From: Octopus vulgaris
Taxonomy: Eukaryota
Length of the DNA: 64,000 nt
NCBI GenBank assembly: GCA_951406725.2
Contig: OX597817.1
Coordinates: 156,426,001-156,490,000 of the forward strand
Reading direction: 5' to 3'
Shown: in pieces, positions 14,516-27,611 of the stretch
Position numbering within the stretch: position 1 is the stretch's first letter
How the letters are laid out: each line of letters begins with the position of its first letter
The notes under the pieces: generated by a model
Database searches by the model: none
What the model was told of the DNA's origin: nothing
What the model saw: the letters and a program-made list of their open reading frames with translations, nothing else
Made by a program: the position numbers and the translations under genes

Positions 14516-14885
14516 TGAGGCATGTAAGGACTATGAAAAAAAACATTATATAGACACAATTGCCTGACCTTCTGCAACCACATGTATACATCGGTGTGTT
14601 GGATCAATTTCTTTTTAGTCTTTCCCTGCTACACCAACACCTCAGAAAACCTGGAACCATCTAGGTGAATGGTGGTAATGTAGAATTAAGTGCTCTGCTA
14701 AGAAATACAATGAAATATATGCAGTATGTTTCAACAGATGCACTGAGATCTGAAAGTTGATTGAACCTAATATAACCATACCAGCTTTTTATGTGTTCCC
14801 CCATGCCCATTGTTAAATGTAACTGGAAGGGGAGAAAATGGTGCATGTGAATACAGAAAACAGTATCCAAAGTTATTTCTCTCTT

Positions 14886-14944
<59 letters not shown>

Positions 14945-15014
14945 ACCTGTGTGTGTGTGTACAGTGCATTTAATGACATCATTAAAAGCTTCAAGAAGCT
15001 CATATTATGTTTCT

Positions 15015-15018
<4 letters not shown>

Positions 15019-15046
<28 letters not shown>

Positions 15047-15098
15047 GGTGTGTTTGTGTGTATGTGTATATATATATATATATAGGTGTGTTTGTGTG

Positions 15099-15142
<44 letters not shown>

Positions 15143-15198
15143 TGTGTTTGTGTGTATGTGTATATATATATATATATATAGGTGTGTTTGTGTGTGTG

Positions 15199-15267
<69 letters not shown>

Positions 15268-15325
15268 GTGTGTTTGTGTGTATGTGTGTGTATATATATA
15301 TATATATATATAGGTGTGTTTGTGT

Positions 15326-15358
<33 letters not shown>

Positions 15359-15396
15359 GGTGTGTGTGTGTATGTATATATATATATATATATATA
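15019..15396. repeat. Compound minisatellite: (TA)n + GGTGTGTTTGTGTGTATG, 8 units
   Basis: GGTGTG unit starts at about 15047, 15085, 15141, 15181, 15233, 15267, 15313 and 15359, with variable (TA)n. Confidence 0.9.
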
Positions 15397-16120
15397 ATTT
15401 TCTACAACCTGGCAGCCTGCTTTTGACTTCTTGTAGAATCTTTGCTAAATTGGGTTGGTGGAGAATGCTTTGCTCTGTCTCTTATGGAACCATTGAGGAT
15501 GGTGGTAGTGTGTACATGAAGTTGAGTGTATCTATCTACTTTGTTAATAGTGATTATTACATCAGTCAGTGTTACAACTTCACATCATATGGGGATCCTA
15601 TTCGTTGTAATATCCTTTCTCCTCAAAAAAATTCATCTCCCAAAATAAATCTCTCTCAGTACTTCGATATATCCTTCTTTTTTTTTGGTCTTTTTGTTTT
15701 ATTTTGTTTTATCTTATTTTTCATATTCCCCCCCCCCTCTCCTCTTGCAAAGCTCTAATGCACGAAATATAACCCATAATCTTCTGGGATAAGTTTTTTT
15801 TTTCTTTTTTGTTTTTTCTTATTTCTTTTGGCTCCTGGCCCACAGATTAGTATCTCCTAGGGAATGTAGAAATGTAACCATATTTTTTATGAGATTTACC
15901 CCCAGAATCACAGAGGTAGAGTGAGAGAGGGCAAAGAGAGAGAGAAAGAACATGGTAAGGAAAGCAAGAAAGATGATGAGGATAGAAAAAGGAAGACAAA
16001 GAGAGGGTGAGAGAAGAAAAAATTCAGAAGAGGAAACGGAAAATTTGCTCTGCTTATTTGTGTATTGTGTCCCCCCCTCATCTATGCCCCTGTGGCTAAT
16101 AAAAGAAATTATTATTGTTA

Positions 16121-16332
16121 AAGTGGCAAGCTGGCAGAATTGTTAGCACACCGGGCAAAATGCTTGGCATCATCTCATCCATCATTATGTTCTGAGTTCT
16201 AATTCTGCCAAGGTTGGCTTTGCCTTTCATCCTTTCGGGGTCAATAAATTAAGTGCCGCCAAAACTCTGGGCCAATGTAATCAACTACTCCCCTCCCTCA
16301 AAATCTCAAGCCCTGTGCCTTTAGTAGAAAGG

Positions 16333-16394
<62 letters not shown>
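16121..16394 (+). mobile_element. SINE family B with (ATT)n tail
   Basis: GGCAAGCTGGCAGAATTGTTAGC head, GCCTTTCATCCTTTCGGGGTCAATAAA core, long (TTA)n tail. Confidence 0.8.
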
Positions 16395-16714
16395 GTTGTT
16401 CAGAAGATGTTGTGAGGTTTAGTGGGTTTCTTGGGTTATGTTGTGGGATGTTTCATGCTGTTGTCCATTGGATATAAATGTCAGTACCATTTCTATTGTC
16501 CATTCATCTTGTACAAAGTGATAAAATGTAATCATGTTTCTATCTGACTTATTCAAAAAAGGGACAGGGAAAGGGTGGGTAAAGAAAGAGAAGTAGGGTA
16601 TTACCTCTATTCTCCATTAGACAGAAATGTTAGTACTGCTTCTTATTATCCATTGGGTGTTAGTGTTACCTGAGTATGTGTTTGAAAGTGTTAGTGTTTT
16701 GTCTCTACACTATA

Positions 16715-16944
16715 CAGGGTGGTCCAAAAGTAGGTTTACAGTTATCATGTAGACACTTTAAATTTCTTATTTTATTATATTTAAATTTCTATCTTACAAA
16801 CTGAAAAGGGAGCTTGACAAAATTAACTAAATTAGCATAGAACAATGGTTTCCTTTTTTTTTTTATAATTAAGATCAAAACTGTTAATATATGAATGCGA
16901 AAGTGAAAGTTGAATAACTGTAAACCTATTTTGGGGCCACCCTG
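16715..16944. mobile_element. Tc1/mariner-type MITE
   Basis: TA|CAGGGTGGTCCAAAAGTAGGTTTACAGTTAT ... ATAACTGTAAACCTATTTTGGGGCCACCCTG|TA: ~31-bp TIRs and TA target duplication. Confidence 0.85.
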
Positions 16945-17140
16945 TAGTGCTGGTACCGACTCTGTTTGTCATTGGGTAGATGTGTTTGAAAGAGTCAGTG
17001 CTACCTCCCATTGTCCATTGTGTATAAGTACCTGAAAGCAATGTTATGCATAACAGGCATGAGGTCTGTCTCAATTTCTGCATGGAATTGTCTTGCCACA
17101 AAAATCTGTGACAAGCAAGACTTTGGGAAGAAGTAGTAAA

Positions 17141-17523
17141 TCTTTATATATAAAAGTGAAGTTGTGTGAGTGTCTGTCTCCTACAATTTAGATTCCTAAC
17201 TACTCCCACATTTTGCGGTGCAGTTTAACCAAAACCGAGTATCTTATAGTCATGATTCATATCAAGCCCTTCTGGGTATTAGCGCGCGTCTACGATGAGT
17301 CTATGATTTAAAAAAAAATTTACCATAATTTTTTCCCATTTTTAATGCATTTTTTTGCTATTATATAAGGGAAGTAACTCTCTAAAAATGTATTATTAAA
17401 TCTCAGAATGTAAAAAGCTACAGTAACACCAACATTGAGATGGCTATTATACTTTACATCTCTAAAAATGCTTATATAGTTAATTCCCTTACAAACCCGA
17501 GCAACGCCGGGCGATACTGCTAG
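17141..17523 (+). mobile_element. Non-autonomous Helitron
   Basis: 5' TC (TCTTTATATATAAAA), 3' CTAG, subterminal GC hairpin CCCGAGC-AAC-GCCGGG (17496-17511), inserted between host A (17140) and T (17524), no TSD. Confidence 0.85.
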
Positions 17524-17648
17524 TCTCAAATAAATCTCAGAATGTTGGGCTCAATGTTTAACCCCAAGTTGACCAATACCAGGTAGACTTTCATAATCTA
17601 GCTGTGGCTTTCCCATCAACTTAGGTGTTTGTGGGACATTATCTAATG

Positions 17649-18007
17649 CAGTGCCATTCAAAGTGATGGTCCATGGACCAGCGCTGGTCCGCGAGCCATC
17701 AGCTGCTGGTACATGGTAAGTTTCCAGAAAAGAAAGAAACTATAGCATAATTTCAGTAATTTCACCTTATGCACTGCAGTAAACAACTCATCAGCTTATG
17801 TAACATTATATTATTTGTTTACAAGATAAATATAAAAAAATAAAATTTAAAAAATTTTCAACTTTTATTATATTCATTATATATATAGTTTCCGATATGA
17901 ATTAATATGTGCCAGGGACCGGTAATATTACTAAGAAATATTACCGGTCCCTGGCACATTGGAGAAAAAAAAACTGCCAATATGCCACATCAGTTAGAGA
18001 AGCAATG
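17649..18007. mobile_element. hAT (Charlie-like) MITE
   Basis: Exact 8-bp TSD ATCTAATG (17641-17648, 18008-18015); CAGTG.../...CAATG degenerate TIRs. Confidence 0.8.
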
Positions 18008-18403
18008 ATCTAATGTATCCTTTTCTTATTTAACATTTCTGTTCATATTTCTTTTGAATCAAATGTACTGCATTTGTTTCAATAAATTTTGAAAATTAAT
18101 AACTTTGTCATTATTAAGACATTGTTTTAAAACAAATTAGTGTGAAATTTTGATGAATAATTTTGGTCATGTTAAAACAGAAAATTTACATCATAGAATC
18201 AAGTGCAGTCTCAGAGGTGTTGGTATCCAGAGAGTGGAGAGAGTTGATTTGAAGGTTTGATATTTTTTGTCAGGTCATGTGACTACTCGGCAGCTTCCCC
18301 ATTGGCTACACCTATCCAGCGTATTTTAGTGCGATGCTAAAATATGATGAGGTGGGTGAGAGTACTAGAAAGCACTCGTCTCTAGAGAATTGACCTTGTG
18401 TCC

Positions 18404-20260
18404 CTTAGCAAAACAAGGCATGGCGATAAATATACCTTTCTTTAGAATGGAAAGCCAACAGAAAGAAGAGCAGAGCATGGAGTAAGCTTTGCAGCTCACA
18501 ATGATCTTGTTAATCTTTGTGACCCCCTTCGGTCAGACACTGACCATGGGTTTGCACCTAGAGAGTTACTCTCTGAGGCACAGATCTGGGCAAGGTTGTT
18601 TTATGGAAGACCAGCAGTCGCCCATGCATACCGGCCTCCCCTCTCCACGTCACCGATGTTGTCCAAGGGAAAGGCAACAGCCGATACAGCTTGGCACCTG
18701 TGACGTCACAACTCATTTCTACAGCTGAGTAAACTGGAGCAATGTGAAATAAAGTGTCTTGCTCAAGAACACAACACGCAACCCGGTCTGGGATTCGAGC
18801 TCACAACCTCACGATCGTAAGCTCGATGCTCTAACCACTGAGCCACGCGCCTGTGAATAACAACTGACATCAGTGAAAGATTCATGATTTTCTGCTTAAA
18901 GCTTACTGGGTCTAAAAATATGTGACAGTCATCAGTGTGTATACACTCACATAATGTAGATAGGGAAGTTAAAGAGGAATTTTACTCTTAGACTGTAATC
19001 AAAGCACTGGCATATGACTGACTGTTATTGTATGGATGTACATCTAACACATAATGACAGGGGTTAATGTTTGCTGGACAGACCACCACTTAATACAATT
19101 TAGTATAGTAATTTAATTCTTTTCAACGTGATGTTCACAGCAGAAACAATACCAGTTGAAAAATCAACTCTGAATTTTTTTAAAACCTGGCAAAGGCTGA
19201 GTGCTTAGAGGATGAACTGTCATCCAACAGCCCGGAAATTTCAGCATCATTAAAAACATATGGTGCACTGTAATGGCAAGCATCTCTGTAGTTTGTCAGG
19301 AGTCCTTGGGCTTCACAGCAAGAAAACACGAAGACTGGTTTGGTTAGAACAACACCCAAGTCAAGCAGCTTATCAACAGAAAAAAAGAGCAGTTTTTCTT
19401 GCCTTCCAAAATTACAAGAATAATAAGCACAAAAGGAAAGTTTGCCAGCAGGCAAAAGCTGCAGTCCAGAAACAAACATATGGAGTGAAGAACAATTGGT
19501 GGAAGGCCAAAGTATTTGAATTCTAGAAACTGGCTGACATGCATGACATGAGAGGTTATTTCAATGTAACTGAAGAGATCTCCGATCCTAGTACAAGTCC
19601 AGCTCCCTTCAAATCTAAAGACGGGACAAAACTAATGAAGAAGCTGCTGCTATCGGCAATCTGTGGAAAAAACCATTTTGAAGACTGGTTTAATTGTGAC
19701 TTTGCAGCCAACGAAAGATCTCGGTTCTCTGACAATATCAAACACTGACCAATGATGAAGTATCTGTAACACATGGCACTGCAGAAACCGAAGCAGCAAT
19801 CTGTTTCTTAAAAAGAAATAAAGCACCCACCTGGGTCTGTTGGGATTCTGGCTGACATACATTAACTTGAGAATGAAGCACTAACAGCAAAGCTTTATGC
19901 TCTGTTTCTGCTAATCTGGATGTGAAAAGAGATAACCATTGACTTCAGAGATGCAGCCATCATTACCATCTTCAAGAAAGTAGACAAATCAGATGGTGGT
20001 AATTCCTGAAGAATTTCTCTTTTGTCAACTGTTTGAAAAATTCTAGCTTAACCATCTCCACCTGCTATTGGAGACCCATTCAAATCTTAGTCTGATTTTC
20101 AACTTTCCAAAGGCTTTATTGATATAAGCTGTGCTTGCCAGCAACAGGAGACCTTTTATATGTAACATTTTTGAAATCACTGAGGTATTTGATTCCATAA
20201 ATCATAAGGCTCTGTGGAGAGATTTAGCCAAGCTTAGTTGCGCAGGAAAATTCATTCTAG
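18404..20260 (+). mobile_element. Decayed RTE-clade LINE (AP endonuclease + start of reverse transcriptase), many stops, frameshifts and deletions
   Basis: Translates to LSKTR..YTFL*NGKP..EHGVSFA, ISERFM..VISVY, VKEEFY, KNHFEDWFN, PGSVGILADI, DFRDAAIITIFKKVDKSDGGNS*RISLLSTV*KILA (19941 onward) and FDSINHKALW...KFI, in the order typical of an RTE/BovB-like ORF. Confidence 0.85.
18523..18851 (-). mobile_element. tRNA-headed CORE-type SINE (family D) nested in the RTE LINE
   Basis: Minus strand GGCGCGTGGCTCAGTGGTTAGAGC...GCTCGAATCCC head, then TCTTGAGCAAGACACTTT...CAGCTGTAGAAATGAG resembling the MIR/CORE domain; TGTGA duplicated on both sides. Confidence 0.85.
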
Positions 20261-21017
20261 TCCAGCTGACAGGAAAATCAGTTAGCATAAGTGGAGATAG
20301 TTAGTATGTGTTTTATGTATGTGTGCATATGTGTAAAGTAATATCTGATGTGACATCTGGGCAGAGATTGATATGGAAGTGAAAATAAAATGTTTTCTTA
20401 TTAGAAAATGCCATCTAGATTCTCTCTCTCTCACTCTCCCATTCACCCACACCAACCTCTGCACACTTACTGCCAATTTGCTACTAATTTCCTGTTGGTT
20501 AACCATTCCAGTTACCATCAGCACCAACACCATCATCATTACCGGTCTTCATGTCATCATCGTCAAACAAGTGAGAGAGCCTCTATGTAGTCATTAGATC
20601 TGCTAGAAATAGTAGCTAAGTCTCCCTCATATAACAGGTTGCCATTCTTAAAAAAAAGCAAAAGGTCTTGTTAGATGATGTAGTTCTACATATGATACAT
20701 GCATTGTACAGGACTGTATCACATGTGCACACACACACACACACCATGTACAGGACTGCAACACAGGCAAACATACACACAGCAGCATATTTTGAACATG
20801 ACTTCAATACATGTACACTGACACATGTGTAGTCAGTTCCCACCATCATAGCATAGGTCTGCTCAGTTGAGTTTGACCTAGTCCATCAGCTGCAGCAATC
20901 ATCATCATCATCTTTGCAGTAGCCTTTACTCTGAATGTCCCAATCCTGCTTATTGTCATCACAATTATTGGTCATTATTACCAATGTTGTCACCGTTTTT
21001 GCAATCCCCAACATTAT

Positions 21018-21415
21018 AGGTACATGCGTGGCTGTGTGGTAAGAAGCTTGCTTCCCAGCCAAAAGGTTCCAGGCTCTGTTCCACTGCATGGAACCTTGGG
21101 CAAGTGTCTTCTACTCTAGCCTCAGGTCGACCAAACCTTTATGAGTGGATTTGGTAGATGGAAACTGAAAAAAGCCCATCATATGTGTATGTATGTATGT
21201 ATGTATACACACACACACACACACTTCTGTGTGTGTTAGTGTATTTACTTCCCCATAACTTGGCAGTTCAGCAAAAGATATTGATAGAATAAGTACCAAG
21301 CTTAAAAACAAACAAAAAAATGTACTGCGGTTAATTCTTTCAATTAGAAAGTCTTCAAGGTAGTGCCCCAGCATGGCCACAGTCTGATGACTGAAGCAAG
21401 TAAAAGATAAAAGAT
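21018..21415 (+). mobile_element. SINE family A, diverged
   Basis: Collinear with other A copies; (TAAAAGA)n tail. Confidence 0.8.
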
Positions 21416-22201
21416 TATTTTCATCATTATGACCACCACTTGTATTTGTCCATGGGTTGTCCTCTTTTACTGTCCCTCCATCCTGTCAGCTGGTGACAAC
21501 CTACTTCCATAGAGCCTGTATGTGGTTGCTAATCAACTGGCTAGAAACAACCACCAAATCACCCTCAAATGTCACCCCTTTTTGTATTGTAAAAAAAAAA
21601 AAAAAAACGCACAGAGGGTTGCATATTGGAAAAGTGTCACTCTGGAAGAGACAGTCATGGCTGGAGTGCCTTTAATCAGGCAAGTTAACATCAACATCAT
21701 CAACAACACACCATTGGTCCTTTCTCCTCCCCCATTCTCATTAAAAACAGGAATTCTTGTAGTAAACTATTCATTGCATCGGTATTTCTAGGCCATTTGG
21801 AGGGGAGGGGGATTAGGGCAGATCGTTGTTGTTGTTGTTGCCCTCATTTCAAATAGATCCTGTCTTTGTTGTTTGTCAATGTTCTGCTCTTCCTTCCTCT
21901 AATATCATTGTCTGTCTGTCTGTCTCTCTGCCTGTCCTATCTATTCTTAACTCTCGGAAAGGAATTGAAGCCCCCCCCCCCTCGTCCCTCACCAGATCCA
22001 GATTAGCACTTTTGTTTCAACATATCTACCTGTCTACCTCTCCTTTCTCCCTTCTTCTCCTTTCTCCCTTCCTCTCTCATATATATCTGTGTGTGTGTGT
22101 GTGTGTGAGTGTGTATTTACATTCACACACATGCGCAAGCAGTGTGTTATGTCTAATTATCGAGCTCTGTACAAAATGTATGCACATTCATATACACATG
22201 C

Positions 22202-22242
<41 letters not shown>

Positions 22243-22407
22243 ACTTATAAGTAAGGGCTAAAGAAAATTATTTCAAAGCCAATATGCTGATAACAGACTA
22301 TTAAATCGTCAATTTCCACATATAATCTACTCGCTACAGCAAAAATCGAAGAACTTTCTTGATGGAATTTTTTTCTGTAGAGAAAAAAACTTCATCCTAT
22401 ATTAGTA

Positions 22408-22453
<46 letters not shown>

Positions 22454-23100
22454 TTTATATTTTATCTAGTTTCAGCTCACGAGCTGTGGCCATGCTGGGG
22501 CACCGCCATTCAATATATATATTTTATACACACACACACATATTGTGTGTGTGTTCAAACTTGTGCATACGAAGTGTATTATATCTCATTAACTGTCTAT
22601 CCAGCTCTGTGCAAAATGCATGCACACACACCCACACGCATGCATGCATGCGCGCACCATATTGCTATCTCTGGCACTATCACACTGCTCCAACCATGTT
22701 TATAACCTAATGGATGTGTGTCCCACCGTCATCAACACCCTCCTACTATCCCCCCACTGCTCACTCACCCTTCCACTCCCACTCTGATCCTTTGCTATCC
22801 CACTCTTCCTACACCTCTATTCCCCCCCCACCATTCCTCCTTCCATTATTATAATCCATTCATATACAACTCCTACTGCCACTCCCCAACTTTCTTTCGC
22901 TGATGGCTGAATATTCTGACTCAGCTCTCTGTACCTTGTGTGTGTGTTGCAATCTTATGCTCTGTGCATGTGATGCAGTCTTGTGTGTGTGTGTGTGCAT
23001 GTGGGTACTGAGCCGTGCTGTGCGATACAGGCATCTGAAAGGTCTCTGCTGTACAGCTCCTCTAGCAGGCATTCCAGCAGTTGCATGTTACTTTCAGCAG

Positions 23101-23280
23101 TTGCACCACCACCACCACCATTTTCACCAGTGCCACCACCACCGCCACCATTTTCACCAGTGCCACCTCCACCACCACCATTTTCACCGGTGCCACCTCC
23201 ACCACCACCACCACCACCATTTTCACCAGTGCCACAACCACCACCACCACCATTTTCACCATCGCCACCCCCACCATCAC
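23101..23280. repeat. Minisatellite (CCA)n-TTTTCACCAGTG, ~5 units
   Basis: Repeated CACCACCACCATTTTCACC(A/G)GTGC; produces low-complexity ORFs in several frames. Confidence 0.85.
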
Positions 23281-23675
23281 AAACATCAGCAACTGTTTTA
23301 CCCGTGTGTAGACCCCATATTCTCCTCATATTCTTTCTCCTCTCTCTCTCTTCGGCACATGCCAACCATCCTCCTCCCCTCTTTGTTTGCTATTCCAGAT
23401 TTAATCTATTATCCTACCCCTCTAGTCCCCTCTCTGCCTTTTCCCCTAATTAGGAGTTCGTTAGGGCCAACGCATATAAGGTAGGCAATGGGAGTTAGAG
23501 TAGAGTGCCGCTGCTGATTGCTGGGGATTGGGGAGGCTAGATGTTATAGAAAGGTGGATTACCTAGGGTTGTTAGCAACAAGGTGGTGTTACGATTGTTG
23601 TTGTTGTTGTTGGAAGTAGTTTGTTAGCAACAAGGTGGTGTTGCATTTGTTGCTAATATTACAAATGTCACTAAG

Positions 23676-24082
23676 CCGGCAAGCTGGCAGAATCGTTAGC
23701 ATGCCAGGCAAAATGCTTAGCGGCATTTCGTCTGCTGCTACGTTCTGAGTTCAAATTCCGCCGAGGTTGACTTTGCCTTTCATCCTTTCAGGATCGATTA
23801 AATAAGTACCAGTTACACACTGGGGGTCGATATAATCAACTTAATCCGTTTGTTCTCTCTGTGTTTAGCCCCTTGTGGGTAGTAAAGAAATAGGCATTTC
23901 ATCCATCTTCACGTTCTTGGTTCAAATTTTGTCACAGTCAACTTTGCCTTTCATCCTTTCAGGATGAATAAAATAAGTACCAGTTGAACACTGGGGTCAA
24001 GGTAACCAACTTAACACCTCCACAACTGCTACCACCACTTCCACAAAATTGCTGGCCTTGTGCCAAAATTTGAAACCAATGT
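23676..24082 (+). mobile_element. SINE family B, dimeric
   Basis: Head and core followed by a second headless core unit from ~23892. Confidence 0.8.
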
Positions 24083-25502
24083 TACTATTGCCACTGATAG
24101 TGTTGCTGATGATGATGATGAAGTGAAGTGTTATCAATAGCAAGTTAGCAACAAGGTGGTGCTGCAGTTGTTGCTAATACTATAAGTGTAATTGTTGCTG
24201 TTGCTAACGGTGACGATGTCGTAGCAACCAAATGATGCAGCAGTTTGCTGCAAATGTTGCTGTTGCTATTGCTGATAGTCGATGACAAGGTGTTGCTACA
24301 GTTGTTGCTATACAAAAACTTTGATTAGCAATCAAAGTTGTTCGTCTGCTCGGTATTTCATTTTGTATACATCTCTACTAATGTGACCTTCACTACTACA
24401 ACCACTGCTACGACCTCTACAAAAGCCCTTCGTGTGACCTCTACAAATAATACTACCATTACTATGACCTTTCATGACTATGACCACCACTACTATTATG
24501 ACCTCCACAGTCATTCATACCATCTACTGTCACCACCACCACCATTTAGTCCTGTTGTCAGAGGGAGATCTATTAATCTTTTGCCTATACATATGTGGAT
24601 GTCTGTATGTGTTTCAGTGTGGATATAGGTAGGAGTGAGTGCTTGTATACACTATTGGACAGGTGTGTATACACACACACACGCTCACACTAGATTTGTT
24701 ACACATTAAACTGTAGATAGTATTAATTTGCTATAAAAGACATTCTTGATCAAATGCCAGTCTCTCTTACCCTGACAGGAAACTATTTTCTGTGAACAGT
24801 GTGTGTGTGTGTGTCTAATCTGTATCTGAAATATTATTGTTGCTATCATTACACTCAATCTCATCATGTTTGTTCAGTGGCTTAATTGAAAACTTTCTGA
24901 TGGAGAATGTGTATGGTGTAGTGTGGGGCAGTCCTGGTTACACCAAGTACAGTATTCAGGTACACCTGGCTGCTGGTTGCACTGTGTTTGTAACTGAACA
25001 CAGGATTTGGTGTGAGCCAGGACAATGTATGTATAATCTCTTTGTGGCAGTAACTTTTTCTTCATTGCGGCAGGCAAACCACTGGCAGAAACTTTTGTGC
25101 TTTTGTCAGTGCTAAATAGACCATGGTATAGATCTTGGTTAGGGGATTGGTTTTTTTTTTTCCTTTCATTATTAGTATTAGTATTACTGAAAAGCTTATA
25201 CCTCCCTAGATTAAGATTATTTTGGGATCACATACTGAAAAATAACTCCTAGCAAAAATCAATTAGCTAGGGGTGTCATGGATGTATTAACATACCCTGG
25301 AGCTAATTACAACTAAAGAGGGGTTAAGGTATTGGTGCCAGGAATTTGGCTCAAATAAATCCAAAGACCTAGTCTTTAGTGGTATGATGGAGCTGATGAT
25401 AATATTACCAGATAGTTGACAGCATTTTCTCTATCCTCCCCCCTCTCTCTTTACACACACACACAGAGATATATATATATACACACACACATGCACTATA
25501 TA

Positions 25503-25778
25503 GGACAGGTGTGGTTGTGTGGTTAAGAAGTTTGCATCCCAGCTACATGGTTTCATGTTCAGTCCCTTGGGTAAGTGTCTTATACTATAACCTTGGGTCG
25601 ACCAAAACCTTATGAATGGATTTGGCAGATGGAAACTGAAAGAAACCTGTCATGTGAATATGTATATTTGTGTCTTCTTGTCTTGACATTGCATGATAGT
25701 TGTAAATAAGTGTCACTGTCATACAAGCAGTGTCACTCATTTCCAATATTCCACAAAAACATGTCTGGTCATTGGGGA
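25503..25778 (+). mobile_element. SINE with family A head and alternative body (A2), interrupted by family C
   Basis: A-type head then GATAGTTGTAAATAAGTGTCAC...CATACAAGCAGTGTC, also seen at 42965-43300. Confidence 0.65.
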
Positions 25779-26055
25779 ATCATCATCGTTTAACGTCCTC
25801 TTTCCATGCTGGCATGGGTTGGACGGTTCGACCGGGGATCTGGGAAGCCAGAAGGCTGCACCAGGCCCAGTCTGATCTGGCAATGTTTCTACAGCTGGAT
25901 GCCCTTCCTAACGCCAACCACTCCGTGAGTGTAGTGGGTGCTTTTTACGTGCCACCTGCACAGGGGCCAGGCGAGGCTGGCATCGGCCACGGTCGTATTG
26001 GTGCATTTTACGTGCCACCTGCATGGAAGCCAGTCGAGGCGGCACTGGCTTCGGC
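25779..26055 (-). mobile_element. Family C retroposon 3' end
   Basis: (CAT)n GTTTAACGTCC...CTGGATGCCCTTCC...TTTTACGTGCCAC twice. Confidence 0.85.
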
Positions 26056-26370
26056 AATATGTTTGGCAAACCAGTAACGGTTTGTAATAGGAACTGTCAA
26101 GTTATGGGGAAGTAAATACAACTCTAGAAAATCTGCCTTGATAAACTTTTTCAACCCAGGACAAGTAGACATTTAAATTATGAGGATTGTGATGATGATG
26201 ATGATTGTATACAATGACCTACCATCATCAGCTGTTAACTATCACAACTCTAAATGTTTTAAGAGTATTGGTTTGTTTGTATTTTGATGAAGAGAGATGG
26301 AAGCTTAAGATTTAACAGCAAATGGAATTCTAATTCAGAATAGTCATTACACTTCATGTGATGGTTATGT

Positions 26371-26759
26371 GTGTGTGGAAGCACTCCGTCGGTTACGACG
26401 ACGAGGGTTCCGGTTGATCCGAATCAACGGAACAGCCTGCTCGTGAAATTAACGTGTAAGTGGCTGAGCACTCCACAGACACGTGTACCCTTAACGTAGT
26501 TCTCGGGATATTCAGCGTGACACAGAGAGTGACAAGGCCGGCCCTTTGAAATACAGGTACAACAGAAACAGGAAGTAAGAGTGAGAGAAAGTTGTGGTGA
26601 AAGAGTACAGCAAGGATCACCACCAGCCCCTGCCGGAGCCTCGTGGAGCTTTAGGTGTTTTCGCTCAATAAACACTCACAATGCCCGGTCTGGGAATCGA
26701 AACCGCAATCCAACGACCGCGAGTCCACTGCCCTAACCACTGGGCCATTGCGCCTCCAC
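26371..26759 (-). mobile_element. tRNA-headed SINE family E
   Basis: Reverse complement of the 59060 copy; TSD GTTATGT (26364-26370, 26760-26766). Confidence 0.9.
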
Positions 26760-27105
26760 GTTATGTATACTTCTAATGTATCTCTCTAAACACATTTGCC
26801 ATACAAATCTGCTTCTTCCTGTGAATTAATTACTTAATTAGAAGCAATAAAATATCATTTTTTTATCATTCTTTTTTTCCTTTTTTTTTTTACTGTTTTT
26901 TTTATATCTTTTAGTCAAGTGGGTAGGGTATTACTCATAACCCTTTAGAAGGCCTCTCAGACTTACAGGATGGCAAAAGGTATCCCCAAATGATAGCTAT
27001 GGCTAGCAAACTGAACACCACTAAAGGCACCCAAGGAGCAGGTGGTGATATTAGACAGGGGTGATGGATTTAGTCTATCATCCAGGTATGTCATGGAAGG
27101 ATTTA

Positions 27106-27325
27106 ACCATTTAACATTTAGATTAATTATTCAGTAAAAATTTAATGGTTATTTAATCACATGGTTTTGAATTAATCGGACATTATCTTGTAACTTTGGG
27201 AATTCAATGGTGTGATTGTTTATTTTTAGATGACATCATAAGATCGGTGTGAGAGGCTGGATGTGGCCATTTTGAACATAAAACAGGTAGAATATTTGGG
27301 CCAGATGTGGCCAGTTTAAATGCTC
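27106..27325 (-). mobile_element. Family F MITE, degenerate
   Basis: Reverse-complement match to the F interior (GAACATAAAACAGGTAGAATATTTGGGCC...TTTAAATGCT). Confidence 0.65.
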
Positions 27326-27384
27326 AAAACACAGAGTCAGAACAAATATTGCAAAGTACCTCCTCTGAAGCATAAATATACACC

Positions 27385-27611
27385 TATTTCTTTACTACCC
27401 ACAAGGGGCTAAACACAGAGAGGACAAAGGACAGACAAACGGATTAAGTCTATTATATCGACCCCAGTGCGTAACTGGTACTTATTTAATCGACCCCGAA
27501 AGGATGAAAGGCAAAGTCGACCTCGGCGGAATTTGAACTCAGAACGTAGCGGCAGACGAAATACTGCTAAGCATTTCGCCAGGCATGCTAACGCTTCTGC
27601 CAGCTCGCCAC
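27385..27611 (-). mobile_element. SINE family B, young monomer
   Basis: Exact 20-bp TSD CTGAAGCATAAATATACACC (27365-27384, 27612-27631). The core GACTTTGCCTTTCATCCTTTCGGGGTCGAT resembles, from memory, the Deu/Nin-type SINE domain. Confidence 0.9.

Noticed and set aside
22903-23484. His-rich, Pro-rich (formin-like) and Gly-rich ORFs
   Set aside because: All arise from one (CCA)n minisatellite that is open in several frames on both strands; no supporting splice structure or domain.
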